A stretch of 29,118 bases of DNA. Source: Prasinococcaceae sp. CCMP 1430 (Eukaryota > Plantae > Prasinodermophyta). Under the pieces are notes generated by a model. The model was not told where the DNA came from. It was given only the letters and a program-made list of their open reading frames with translations, and did not search any database. Where the stretch lies: NCBI GenBank assembly GCA_013416795.1, contig RQSC01000523.1, forward strand, positions 105,712-134,829. Direction: 5' to 3'. Made by a program: the position numbers and the translations under genes. Below are positions 1 through 9,779 of this stretch, in pieces (the first letter of the stretch is position 1; each line of letters starts with the position of its first letter).

Positions 1-43
1 CGCCCCGCGGGCGGCGGCGCCCGCGCACCGGGCGCCGGGTGTG

Positions 44-1340
44 ATGGTGGCGCACTGGGCGCCGAAGGGGGCGGGGGGCGGGAGCGGCGGCCTGCGCGCT
101 TTCACGTCGCGCCACGAGGCGGGCGAGCAGCTCTGGGACGCGGAGGCCGCGGGCGGGCGATTGGACGATTGCTTTGTGCCCACGGCCGGACGGCCCGTGT
201 CGCTCTCCCTCCCAGAGCTGGAGCGGTGCTCGGTGGACGTGTGCGGCAGGACGATCCCGTTGCACCAGCCGCGGGACATCGATGCGGTCCTCGACCAGTA
301 CGTGGAGGCGAATGCGCTGGGATCCGATCCGTACTGGGCGAGGCTGTGGCCCTCGGCGCTGGCCATCTCCGAGGAGGGTGCGCACCGCGCGCCCGCGCGA
401 GCCCGCGCGCGCCTGTCGCCGCGCGCGCCGCAGACGCCAATGCGCGCGGGGCGCGGTCGCCAACAGCAGGGTTCGCCTGGCTGACTCGCGCCATGCGGTG
501 CCGCGCCGCGCCGCGCCGCGCGGACCCGCAGTGCTCCGACACCCCGAGATCGTCAGGGGGCTGCACGTGGGCGTGCTCGGGTGCGGCCTGGGCGTCGAGG
601 GCCTCGCGGCTGCCGTCGCCGGGGCGGCCCGCGTCACGCTGCTCGACCGCGAGTCGACCGCACTGGCCTGTGCGGTGCGCTCGGCAGCGGAGCTGGGCTA
701 TGTGTCGAAGGAGCTGGCGAACATGGAGCCCATCGACGTGCCCGTCGCGCGCGAGTGCGAGCGGGAGTTCGACCGCTGCTTCGGGATCCGGCAGACGCGC
801 AACGCGGAGGCGTTCATGTCGGTGGTGCGCTCGCATCGAGACGTCATTCGCGCCGAGTTGTTCGATTGGAATCACGTCAGTGAGGATGCCAAGCCGCGCT
901 TCGACGTGCTCCTCGCGTCCGACGTGATCTACGAGAGCGGGGCGGTGTCACCCGTCGTGGGCCTGGTCCCGCGGCTCCTCAAGCCCCCCAGGCGCAACGC
1001 CAACAACGAGCTCTGCGGCGGCGTGCTGCTCGCGGGCGATCCCCCCCACCGCACGCCGGCGAACAGGGCGAAGTTCATCGCGGCCATGAAGGAGGTGCAT
1101 GGCATGGTGATGGCCTCGCGCGCGCACAGGGTGAAGTGCACCGTGTGCGCGGACGACGCTCTCAGTAGCGCCCCCGTGACGTGCGACGAGGACGGCATGA
1201 CGGATGAGGTGGTGCTCATGGCCGGACGCCTGCCGCGTCGCAAGAGCAGGAAGCAACACCATCACCACGGGCACCATCGCGAGGACCACCACAACAAGTC
1301 GTCCGCGCACCGGTCCATCTGGATGCGTCACGTCGACTGA
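44..1340 (+). CDS. SAM-dependent protein (lysine) methyltransferase, Methyltransf_16 / METTL20-21-like; 2 exons (44-377, 532-1340), about 380 aa; may extend 5' beyond the window
   Basis: PYWARLWPSALAIS joins VLRHPEIVRGLHVGVLGCGLG in frame across a GTGCGC...CCGCAG intron (378-531, phase 1, CTGAC branch at 481). Downstream motifs VTLLDRE and FDVLLASDVIYE. The frame is open from position 2, so the true start may be upstream. TGTAA follows at 1413. Confidence 0.85.
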
Positions 1341-1412
1341 GGCGTCTCGTTGGGCCAACTGCCATCCCGGCGGGCCGACGCCGAAGCGACGCACCCCTGT
1401 ACAGAACCTCAC

Positions 1413-1417
1413 TGTAA
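1413..1417 (+). terminator. TGTAA green-algal poly(A) signal
   Basis: TGTAA(CA) about 70 nt after the methyltransferase stop. UGUAA is the known chlorophyte near-upstream polyadenylation element. Confidence 0.6.
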
Positions 1418-1587
1418 CAAACCAGTTTTTGAAGCGCCTCCTCCGAGTTCATCGCGCGCACGCGCGCTTCGCGCGATGGCCACGCGCGAGCCGAAGGAGC
1501 GCACGCGCCTGTGCGCGCGGCCAGCCCGGCCAAGCCCGCCCGCCCCCCCCCCCTCCCCCGGGACGTCCCTTTGCTCTCCTAGGTTTG

Positions 1588-1592
1588 TTACA
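1588..1592 (-). terminator. TGTAA poly(A) signal for LSM8
   Basis: + strand TTACA (minus TGTAACA) about 50 nt downstream of the LSM8 stop. Confidence 0.6.
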
Positions 1593-1642
1593 AGCAGCGC
1601 TCAACGACCGCGGGGCGGGCTGCGGGGCGCGCGCCCGGCGCC

Positions 1643-1939
1643 CTAGTGCTGCACCGGCTTGAGTGGTGCGGCCTTGATCTTGTCGAGTTCCAGCTGCGCG
1701 TCCAGGTCCTCGTCGAGCTCGCCGACGATGGCGATGGTGTCACCGCGGATTAGGTACACGCCCAGCACGTGCTGCACGACGCCCTCGGCGCTCGAGTAGA
1801 CGCGCTCGTGCGAGTCGTCGAGGATGAGGTTGGTCGTCTGGTCGAAGCCCTTGAGCACGCCAACGATGTTGCGCCCGTCGTTCGTAATCACGCTGATCAC
1901 GTTGCCGACGAGCGGCTCGAGCGCCGCCGCCGCGCTCAT
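1643..1939 (-). CDS. LSM8: U6 snRNA-associated Sm-like protein LSm8, 98 aa, intronless
   Basis: VISVITNDGRNIVGVLKGFDQTTNLILDDSHERVYSS...LGVYLIRGDTIAIVGELDEDLD...IKAAPLKPVQH: Sm1/Sm2 motifs plus the LSm8-specific ERVYS and C-terminal PLKPV.H. Confidence 0.95.
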   Translation of the reverse strand: MSAAAALEPLVGNVISVITNDGRNIVGVLKGFDQTTNLILDDSHERVYSSAEGVVQHVLGVYLIRGDTIAIVGELDEDLDAQLELDKIKAAPLKPVQH

Positions 1940-1980
1940 CGCTGCCGCCGCCGCGCCGCGCTCCGGCTGTCGCCCCGCGC

Positions 1981-2306
1981 NNNNNNNNNNNNNNNNNNNN
2001 NNNNNNNNNNNNNNNNNNNNNNNNNNNNNNNNNNNNNNNNNNNNNNNNNNNNNNNNNNNNNNNNNNNNNNNNNNNNNNNNNNNNNNNNNNNNNNNNNNNN
2101 NNNNNNNNNNNNNNNNNNNNNNNNNNNNNNNNNNNNNNNNNNNNNNNNNNNNNNNNNNNNNNNNNNNNNNNNNNNNNNNNNNNNNNNNNNNNNNNNNNNN
2201 NNNNNNNNNNNNNNNNNNNNNNNNNNNNNNNNNNNNNNNNNNNNNNNNNNNNNNNNNNNNNNNNNNNNNNNNNNNNNNNNNNNNNNNNNNNNNNNNNNNN
2301 NNNNNN
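1981..2306. other. Assembly gap (326 N)
   Basis: Run of N. Confidence 1.

Positions 2307-2397
<91 letters not shown>
2307..2397 (+). repeat. 91-nt poly-G run abutting the gap, probably a sequencing or gap-filling artefact
   Basis: Pure G homopolymer starting at the first base after the N run. Confidence 0.7.
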
Positions 2398-2398
<1 letters not shown>

Positions 2399-2419
2399 GG
2401 CGGACGCGCGTGCGCAGCG

Positions 2420-5400
2420 ATGTCGGCGGAGGGATGGGACCCGCTCGAGGCGGCCGGCGCGCCGCCGCCGCAGGCGTCGTGGAGCGCGTGCGTCGAGCGG
2501 CTGCGCAACTCGTCGGTGCGCGACCACCGCGCGCTCGTGGCGGCCTTCGAGGCGGCGGGCGAGATTGTGGACGCGCAGGGGCTGCCGCGCTCGCCCACGG
2601 CGTACTTCGCCTGCCTCATGCAGTCGCTCGATGCGCAGGGCCGCGCGGGCGGCGACGCCGAGGCCGCCGCCGCCGCCGCGACGCTGCTCGCGGCGGTGCT
2701 GCCGGCGACGCCGCGCGCGGTGCTGCGCTCCAAGTGTGAGATGGCGCTCGGCGTGCTCGCGCGCGTTGAGGTTGCTCACGACGGCGCACAAGCGGTGCAG
2801 AAGGCCGTGCTCGGCTGCCGCCAGCACCTCTTCTCCGCGGCCGTCGGCGCCGACGGCGGCTGGGCGGCGACCGGCGCGTCGTTCGGCGCGATGCTGCGAC
2901 GCTGCGTGGACGCGCGGCCCAAGGTGCGCAAGAGGGCGCTGGTGGCTGTGCAGGGAGGGCTGCGCGCGGCGCAGGGCACGCCCGCGCACCAGCACGCCTC
3001 TGAGGCCGTCGCGCGCCTCGTCGGCGAGGTTCTTCCCGGGGCGGCGCGCACCGACGATGCCGCGGCGGCGGTGGCCGCGGCCGCGCCCGACGGCGGCGTC
3101 AGCGAGGCGGAGCGCCGCGCGCGCGAGGCGCTGCAGCTCGTGAGCTCCCTGCGCTCGCTGGTGCCCCTGCTGGATGCGCGCGCGGCGTCCACCGTGGCGA
3201 ATGCGCTCGCCGCGCTCCTCACTGCCTCGCGCGACCGCCAGCCCATGCTGCACAAGCTGGTGGTGGACGCGGCCGCGATGCTCTTCGCCGACCTGAGCTC
3301 CGACATGGGCGTGGCACCCGCCGAGGGGCTGCTGGGCGCGGTGCTCTCGTCGCCCATCAATGCGCGCAAGGACCCCGACGGCGCGGCGGCGCTCTGCCGC
3401 CTGACGGCCACCGCCATGCGCCGCATCGGCTCCCTGGACGGCTCGGCCGCCGCGCGCTTGCTGCCCCGCGCGCTGCACGCAGTGCTGCCCATGCTCGCCG
3501 AGCTCGACCACGAGGCGCTGGCGTTCGCGGCAACCGAGGCCACCGCGGACATGCTTCGCCACGTGAGCCCCGCCGCATGCGCGGCGGACCCGCCGCCGCA
3601 GGCTGGCGCGCCGGGCGCCGCGGGACCTCCGCGCACCGTCGGCGAGCGCTGCGCGGTCGCGCTGGAGAACATGCTCGGCGTGCGCCACAAGGACGCGTGG
3701 CCGCTGGTGCTCACCGCCCTCGCTGCGTTCGCCGAGGCGGTGGGCGCCGACCATCCGCAGCTGCTTGTGAGCGTGCTGGCCGCAGCCGCTGAGCTACACT
3801 CGGACAGCGCCGACCCGCTCGCAAAGGCGAACGACCTCGACCTTTTCGACGCGCAGCTCGGTGCGGCGCTCGGCGCCGCGCTGCGCGCCATGGGCGCTGC
3901 GCCCTTCCTTGCGACGCTGCCGCTGCAGATGGAGCTCGACCTGGACTCGCCGGACTCGCGCGCGTGGCTGCTGCCGCTCGTCATCGAGCACGCGAAGAAG
4001 GCCACGGGCTCGATCGGCTACTGGGTGCGCACGCTCCTGCCGGCCGCGCGGCAGCTCGAGGCGCGCGCCGACGCCTTCCACGCGGCGGGCGCGGGCCACG
4101 GGGTGGAGGCGCAGGCCGCGTACGCTGCGGTGGCGCAGCTGTGGGAGGTGCTCGCGTCAATGTGCTGCTCGCCCGACGACATCGCCACGTCCTTCCAGCT
4201 GGTGGCCAAGGACCTTGGCGCGGCGCTGCAGACCGACTCGGCCGAGCGCCGCTCAACGGCGGCGCGCGCGCTTCGCCGGCTGGCCTTTGGCGTGTCGGAG
4301 CGCCGCAAGGCCGCGCGCGAGGAGGGCGATGGCCAGGTGGTGGCGCGCGAGGATGCTGCCGCCGCGGCCATCGCGCGCTTCAGCCGCAACTTCCTGCCCA
4401 TCCTCTTCAACCTCGCGTTGGCCGCCAAGCCCGAGGAGCGCGAGGAGCTGCTCGCCACCGTCGAAGCGATCGCGCTGGTGACGCCTGCGGATGCGCTGGA
4501 CGGCTTCTTCAAGCAGGTGCTCCGCAAGCTGCTCGAGGCGACCGCCGAGGCCTCGGACGGCAACAAGAGTGCGGAGGAGAACAGCGCCGCCGCCACCCGT
4601 CAGGGCATTTTCGTCGAGCTGGCCATGTCGCTGTCCGAGGGGCTGCCAGCCGAGGCGACGGCCATGCTGCTGCGCGGCAGCCGGCCGCTGCTGAGCGCCC
4701 CGGCGGCGTCGGTGCAGAAGAAGGCGTACAAGTTGCTCGCGCGGCTGGCCGAGCGTAGGCCTGAGGTGGTCGCGGGCGCCCTCGACGAGACCGTGGCGGC
4801 CCTCGCCGACGGCCTGGGCGCGTGCGCCACCGCCGCGCGCCGCAACCGGCTACGCTGCCTGCGCCACGTCATCGCGCTGTTCGCACTCAAGCGCAGGGAG
4901 GCCATCGAGGCGGTGGAGGCCGGGCAGGGCGGTGGCGAGGGGAGCGACGGCGAGGACGGGGGCGACGGCGCGGGCGGCGCCACAGACCCGCTGCGCGCCG
5001 TGGCGCCGTTCGTGGGCGAAATCGTGCTGGGCGTCAAGGAGTCCAACCAGCGCACGCGCCTGGCGGCGTACGAGCTGTTGGTCGAGCTCGCGCGCCACAT
5101 GGAGGAGGCCGGTGGCGATGAGCTGCTGCGGCGCTTCTTCATGATGGTCGTGGGCGCGCTGGCGGGCTCAACGCAGCACATGGTGGCCGCGGCGGTCGCG
5201 GCGCTCGCGCGGCTTCTCTTCGACTTTCCCGAGGCGCTGCTCGAGGCGGCGCCCGAGCTCATGTCGACTGTGCTGCTGCTGCTTCGCTCCAAGTCGCGGG
5301 AGATCGTCAAGAGCGTGCTGGGCTTCTGCAAGGTGCTCATCTCGAGATTGTCGCCCACCGAGATGACGCTGCTGCTGCCCGAGATGGCCGAGGGGCTCTT

Positions 5401-6541
5401 CGCTTGGTGCGACGACAGCAAGAACCAGTTCAAGATGAAGGTGCGCGTGCTGGTGGAGCGCCTCGTGCGCAAGTGCGGCTACGAGGCCGTGCAGGCGGCC
5501 ATCCCCGAGCACCACGCGCGCCTGCTCGTGCACATCCGCAAGGAGAAGGCCAAGGAGGAGCGCAAGCGCCAGGCGCGCTCGGAAGTGCGCGCTGGCGACG
5601 ATGCGAAGTCGGGGCGCACGACGCGCACCGCGATGACCGCGATGACGGCGCGCACTCTCGCCAGGGACTGGGCGGAGGACGATGTCTTCGGCGACGGCGG
5701 CTCGGACGAGGGCATGGGCGGCGCGAGCGACGAGGACATGGACGGCGGCAGGGGCGGCGGCGGAGGAGGCTACGCGAGATCTATGATGGCGCGCTCGCGC
5801 GCTCTGAGCAGCGTCGCTGCCGGTGCGCGTCGAAAGGTGGTGCTGCCCGACTCGGACTTCGACCTGCTGGGCGGTGGCGCCACGCGCGCGGCGCTTGCGG
5901 GTGCGGCGGCCCTCAAGGAGCGTCGCCTGGCACGGCGGCGCGCGCAAGGCGAGGACGACTTCGGCGTGGACAAGAAGTCTGGCCGCCTCGACTTCAGCGA
6001 GGTGGGCGGTAAGGGGCGCGCGGCGAAGCGCGGCCGCGATGTGGACTACGACGACGACGACGACGAGATGGAGGGGGACGAGGAGGGCGACGAGGGCGAC
6101 GACGACGATGACACGCGCTCCAAGAAGCGCGCACGCGGTGGCAAGGCGCGCAGCGTGTCGGGCATGAGCATGGGCGGGCGCTCGGCGCGCACTGTCGGGG
6201 GTCGCTCGGCGCGCACGGCGGGGGGCAGGTCGGCCGGCGGCCGCAGCGCCAAGTCCAACCGCGCGGGCACCGGCCGCGAGTACGCCTCGGCCAGGGCGGG
6301 CGGTGACAAGCAGCTCGCCGCCGAGAAGCACGAGCCGTACGCCTACTGGACGCTGGATGCCGCGCTGCTCAACAAGAAGCGCGCGGGCAAGAAGGCGCAG
6401 GCAATGCGGCAGATGGCGAGCACGGGACGTCTGGGCGCCAACAAGGAGCAGAGAAACAAGGCCTCGCTCGGCAAGGGCACCCGCGCGCAGCGCAAGGCCA
6501 AGGCCAAGCACAGGGCGATGGAACGGGCAGGCGAGCGCTGA
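2420..6541 (+). CDS. RRP12: RRP12-like ribosome biogenesis HEAT-repeat protein, 1373 aa, apparently intronless
   Basis: N-terminal SPTAYFACLM and DARPKVRKRA; NFLPILFN; SVQKKAYK; VLGVKESNQRTRLAAYELL; SKSREIVKSVLGFCKV; FKMKVRVLVERLVRKCGYEAV...LLVHIRK; disordered D/E- and K/R-rich tail containing EPYAY. Confidence 0.9.
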   Translation: MSAEGWDPLEAAGAPPPQASWSACVERLRNSSVRDHRALVAAFEAAGEIVDAQGLPRSPTAYFACLMQSLDAQGRAGGDAEAAAAAATLLAAVLPATPRAVLRSKCEMALGVLARVEVAHDGAQAVQKAVLGCRQHLFSAAVGADGGWAATGASFGAMLRRCVDARPKVRKRALVAVQGGLRAAQGTPAHQHASEAVARLVGEVLPGAARTDDAAAAVAAAAPDGGVSEAERRAREALQLVSSLRSLVPLLDARAASTVANALAALLTASRDRQPMLHKLVVDAAAMLFADLSSDMGVAPAEGLLGAVLSSPINARKDPDGAAALCRLTATAMRRIGSLDGSAAARLLPRALHAVLPMLAELDHEALAFAATEATADMLRHVSPAACAADPPPQAGAPGAAGPPRTVGERCAVALENMLGVRHKDAWPLVLTALAAFAEAVGADHPQLLVSVLAAAAELHSDSADPLAKANDLDLFDAQLGAALGAALRAMGAAPFLATLPLQMELDLDSPDSRAWLLPLVIEHAKKATGSIGYWVRTLLPAARQLEARADAFHAAGAGHGVEAQAAYAAVAQLWEVLASMCCSPDDIATSFQLVAKDLGAALQTDSAERRSTAARALRRLAFGVSERRKAAREEGDGQVVAREDAAAAAIARFSRNFLPILFNLALAAKPEEREELLATVEAIALVTPADALDGFFKQVLRKLLEATAEASDGNKSAEENSAAATRQGIFVELAMSLSEGLPAEATAMLLRGSRPLLSAPAASVQKKAYKLLARLAERRPEVVAGALDETVAALADGLGACATAARRNRLRCLRHVIALFALKRREAIEAVEAGQGGGEGSDGEDGGDGAGGATDPLRAVAPFVGEIVLGVKESNQRTRLAAYELLVELARHMEEAGGDELLRRFFMMVVGALAGSTQHMVAAAVAALARLLFDFPEALLEAAPELMSTVLLLLRSKSREIVKSVLGFCKVLISRLSPTEMTLLLPEMAEGLFAWCDDSKNQFKMKVRVLVERLVRKCGYEAVQAAIPEHHARLLVHIRKEKAKEERKRQARSEVRAGDDAKSGRTTRTAMTAMTARTLARDWAEDDVFGDGGSDEGMGGASDEDMDGGRGGGGGGYARSMMARSRALSSVAAGARRKVVLPDSDFDLLGGGATRAALAGAAALKERRLARRRAQGEDDFGVDKKSGRLDFSEVGGKGRAAKRGRDVDYDDDDDEMEGDEEGDEGDDDDDTRSKKRARGGKARSVSGMSMGGRSARTVGGRSARTAGGRSAGGRSAKSNRAGTGREYASARAGGDKQLAAEKHEPYAYWTLDAALLNKKRAGKKAQAMRQMASTGRLGANKEQRNKASLGKGTRAQRKAKAKHRAMERAGER

Positions 6542-6676
6542 CTGGTGCGACCGAGATACAGTAGTACGCTTTTCATTTAAATACGCAAGGCGCAGCAGCC
6601 CGTCTCTGTCTGTCGGCGCGGCTGCGCTCTTCGACTACGACACGTATAATGGTGCACTCTCCTTCTGCGCGACGAG

Positions 6677-8605
6677 CTAGAACATGCCCGGACCCCGTGT
6701 CGGCGTCGCGGTGGGTAGCGGCGGCGGGAAGCAGCCGAGCGCGCAGCACTGCGTGCCCTGGATGGTGCCCGCGTCGAGGCACTTCACCCCCCCGGTGCCG
6801 TCGCCCTTGAGCGCTGGACGCTCGCCGTCCGGGCACTGCCCCGGCCACGATGACTCGATCCAGTAGTAGTCGTTGGGGTCGCACAACCCGTGGCCCGGCT
6901 CGAGCTCCGAGGCGTAGCCGAACTGCTCTCGGGTGCAGAGCGCCGCGCCCACCGACGCGCACATGGCCGCGGAGTTCACGTAGTTGGTGTTGGTGCACAC
7001 GCCCGGCAGCCAGCCGCCCGCGCGGGAGGTGCACACGCCGTCCGCGTTGTCCAGGGGGTCGGTCCAGTTCTTGGCCGCGTCGAAGATCTTCACCGACTCG
7101 GCGATCTCCTCGCAGCACTGCACGAAGCGCGTGGGCGCCGCCGTGGGCATTGCCGTGGGCGCTGCGGTGGGCGCTGGCGTGGGGCACGTCGCGGACGCGC
7201 AGCACGCGACGGCGCCGAGGAAGGCGTCGCGCGTGCACTCGAAGGTGCCCGAGGCCGGATTGTACGCGATGTGCTCCTTGTCCCCGCAGCGGCCGGTCTG
7301 CAGATTCCACTGCTCGCGCGTCCACAGCATCGCGTTGCTGAAGTCGCAGCCCGTGCCCTCGGTGGCGGGCAGCTCGGCCGCGCTGCACAGGTCGGCGTTG
7401 ACGGTCTGGCACATGGCTTGCGCGGTGTGGAAGGTGGTTGCCTTCACGCACTGGTCGGCGAACCAGCCGCCCTTGGTGGCGCCGCACACGCCGGGCACGC
7501 CGTTTTTGCCAGTCTCGCCCCAGCACTGGCCTCCGAGGACGGGATCGCACTCGCCGAGCCAGCGCTGCAGGTTGGGGCAGCAGCCGATCTCGGGGGGCAT
7601 GCCGGCCTGCATCTCCGTGGTCGGCGCCTTGGTGGGCGAGGCGGTCGGCGCTGTCGTAGGGGCGATCGGCCTGGGGACGATAGGATCGGTGAGCACGATG
7701 AAGGAGTCGAACTGGCCCAGCGCAGAGTTCGGGTCGCCGCCCGCCGCAAGCTGCAGGGCCGACTGGATGATCGCTTGCGTCGCAGGCGTGGTGCCCGGCG
7801 GGGCAAGGACGGTGTACGTGAGCTGGGTAGTTTCAATGCCTTCGTTGAGGAATGTTGAGCAGCTGAGATGCGAAGCGCGAGGTCAAAGTCGCGTGCGTTG
7901 GCGGAGCGACGGACCGGCCAACGAGTGAAAAGCGCGCGTGTGGGGGTGGGGGGAATGCGCGGAGGGCGATGGGGATGCGCGCGGCATGCAATGAGGTCAG
8001 CGCGCAATCTCGAGCACGTGGTCGTCAGGTCTCCGCTTTCGCGGCCTATCGCGCGCTTGGGCACGCATGCGCCCGTCATGAAGCATTCGCGGTCGGTCAC
8101 GAGCCTCCGCGCGCCACCAACGCAGCACCGCCAGTTGTGCATCTGCGAGGGCACACCACCAAACGCCTCCGCCGCCGCGCGCACTTTCACAGCCCCGCAC
8201 TCACCTCACGTCCACGAACGCAATGGGCGTGGGAGAGCCTTGAACGGCGTACACTGTGTTCTCGTAGATACTGAGGATCTGCAGCTCCAGGAGGGGGCAG
8301 CTCGGATTGACCTGCGCAGCGACCACGCTCGCGGGTCCATTCTGCTGCTGCTGCTGACCGGTGAACTCGTCCTTGGAGATGGGGACGATCGGCAGTGGGA
8401 GGGGCACCGCGCCTGGCGGTGCAGTGACATCCAGGGGCGGCCCAACGAGACCAGCGACGCGCGTCACGGACGCGCTGAACGCCACCGACATTGCCGCGGC
8501 CGTCGCTACCACGCTGGCGGCGCCCGCCACCCGCCGCATGGCGCCGCGCTCGGCGGCGCGCCCCCGCGCGCCCATGCCCATGGCGGCGGCGAAGGATTCC
8601 GCCAT
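6677..8605 (-). CDS. Putative secreted/cell-surface protein with two tandem Cys-rich domains and PT(A/T)-rich linkers; 2 exons (8605-8205, 7862-6677), 528 aa
   Basis: AG|GTGAGT donor at 8204 and TCTCAG acceptor at 7863, with a TTGAC branch, join the 8201-8605 ORF in frame to the 6677-7696 ORF. N-terminal hydrophobic stretch; two homologous 12-14-Cys domains separated by PTAAPT repeats. Confidence 0.75.
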
Positions 8606-8710
8606 CAGTATTCATATCTTTCCCCTTTCGGATACGCCCTCGCGTCCGCTCCCGCCCCGCGCGCGCCCGCGAGGCGACGCCGCCAATTCCCCGGCGAGCG
8701 GAGCTCCCGA

Positions 8711-8752
8711 GGCCGCGCGCGCGCGCGCGCGCGCGGCCGCGCGCGCGCGCGC
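8711..8752. repeat. (CG)n tracts forming a perfect 28-bp palindrome GGC(CG)11GCC, followed by a further 15-nt alternating CG tract
   Basis: Read directly: 8711-8738 is self-complementary; 8738-8752 alternates C/G. Confidence 0.9.
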
Positions 8753-8873
8753 TCGAATTCACCCCCCATCAAAACGCACGCGGGGCGCGCCGCGCCGCGG
8801 ACAGAGCCGTTACGACCCCTATCGGCATCCCGCCATCGCTATCGATGCGCGTAAATGCGACGCAATGTGGTGC

Positions 8874-8889
8874 GATATAATATTATATC
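8874..8889. promoter_or_regulatory. 16-bp perfect AT-rich palindrome GATATAATATTATATC in a divergent intergenic region
   Basis: Self-complementary; lies in a 44% GC island (61/140 at 8861-9000). Function is inferred only. Confidence 0.4.
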
Positions 8890-9233
8890 AATCAATGTCT
8901 GATGCGGCGCGATGCCATTTGATCCCCACCGAAAGCTTCATAAAAATCGCATCGTCTGGCAATGCCTGGTCACGACATTGATATGGTATTGTACAGTGTA
9001 CGTTTGCGCACAACACGGCTAGGCCTGTGTCGCGTCATCAGGTCAGGCAGCATCAGCAGGCGCCAATCCGTTGGAAGTCTATAGTGGACTACGAACTCGT
9101 GTCATTTGATGGCGTTCGGGGAGGGGTCAGGTTTCAGGCAGGCGGCAGCGCGCGCCCAACGGCTGGGCGTGGCCCCGCAACCCCACTGGCACACGCGACG
9201 TCAGTCGACGGTTGGGCGGAGGTGACGAGGTAA

Positions 9234-9779
9234 CAACGCCGCGCTGCCGGCGGGAGCGCGCGCGCGCCGCCTCGGGCGCGCCGCCGAGAGGCGCGGCGGT
9301 GCGGCGCGGTCGCCGCGGGCCTGGGGGTTGCGGCGGTGGTGGGGGGGGCGCTGCTGTGGTGGACGTCCTCGTACGAGGCGTCGTCCGCGGGCGTCCGCGC
9401 GGCGTTCGACGAGCGCGCGCGCGCCTACCGCTCGGTCTACGTCGAGCGCTTCGAGCGGACGCGCTGGCTGCTGCGCGTCGGTGAGGGCGGCGAGACGGAG
9501 CTCGATAAGGTGGAGGAAGACGAGGCTGACCGCTTTCTCCAGGGCAGCCTGCACTCGGGCGCGCGAGGGGGCGACGTGGACTCGGCCAGCGTGCGCTTCG
9601 CGACGGGCGACGCCGCGCTGCGGGGCGGCGCGGGGCGATGCTGGGCGCGCGTCAGTGCTGTGTGCTGCCCGCACGCCAAAAAGGTACCGCAGGGCAGGAC
9701 AGGCCTTTTGGAGGCACCGTGTGTGTGGTGGTGGTGGGCGCGTGAGAGAGGCGGCGCGCCCGGCCGCGCGTGCGCCAGC
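9234..9779 (+). other. Coding-like, ATG-less segment in frame with the downstream oxidase (TM helix followed by a charged helical region)
   Basis: Open frame from 9234. RRCGAVAAGLGVAAVVGGALLWW then TSSYEASSAGVRAAFDERARAYRSVYVERFER, with strong G/C-ending codons to about 9640. No in-frame ATG before 9780. Confidence 0.35.

Noticed and set aside
2307-2397. 91-nt poly-G as a G-quadruplex or regulatory element, or a poly-Gly/poly-Pro coding tract
   Set aside because: It starts exactly at a gap edge, which is typical of a sequencing or scaffolding artefact. The ORFs running through it are artefacts of translating Ns.
6170-6255. GGRSART tandem peptide repeats in the RRP12 tail
   Set aside because: Low-complexity repeats in a disordered basic tail are ordinary for nucleolar proteins.
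1769-6541. 1590-aa, 703-aa and other ORFs spanning N-gaps, plus the many long Arg/Ala/Pro-rich ORFs throughout the window
   Set aside because: These are antisense or off-frame shadows expected at this GC content, with no recognisable motifs. Real starts were assigned at 2420 (RRP12) and 1939 (LSM8).
8865-8981. 38-aa small ORF MWCDIILYQS...WSRH
   Set aside because: AT-rich, no codon bias and no recognisable motif; chance ORF unless Ribo-seq shows otherwise.
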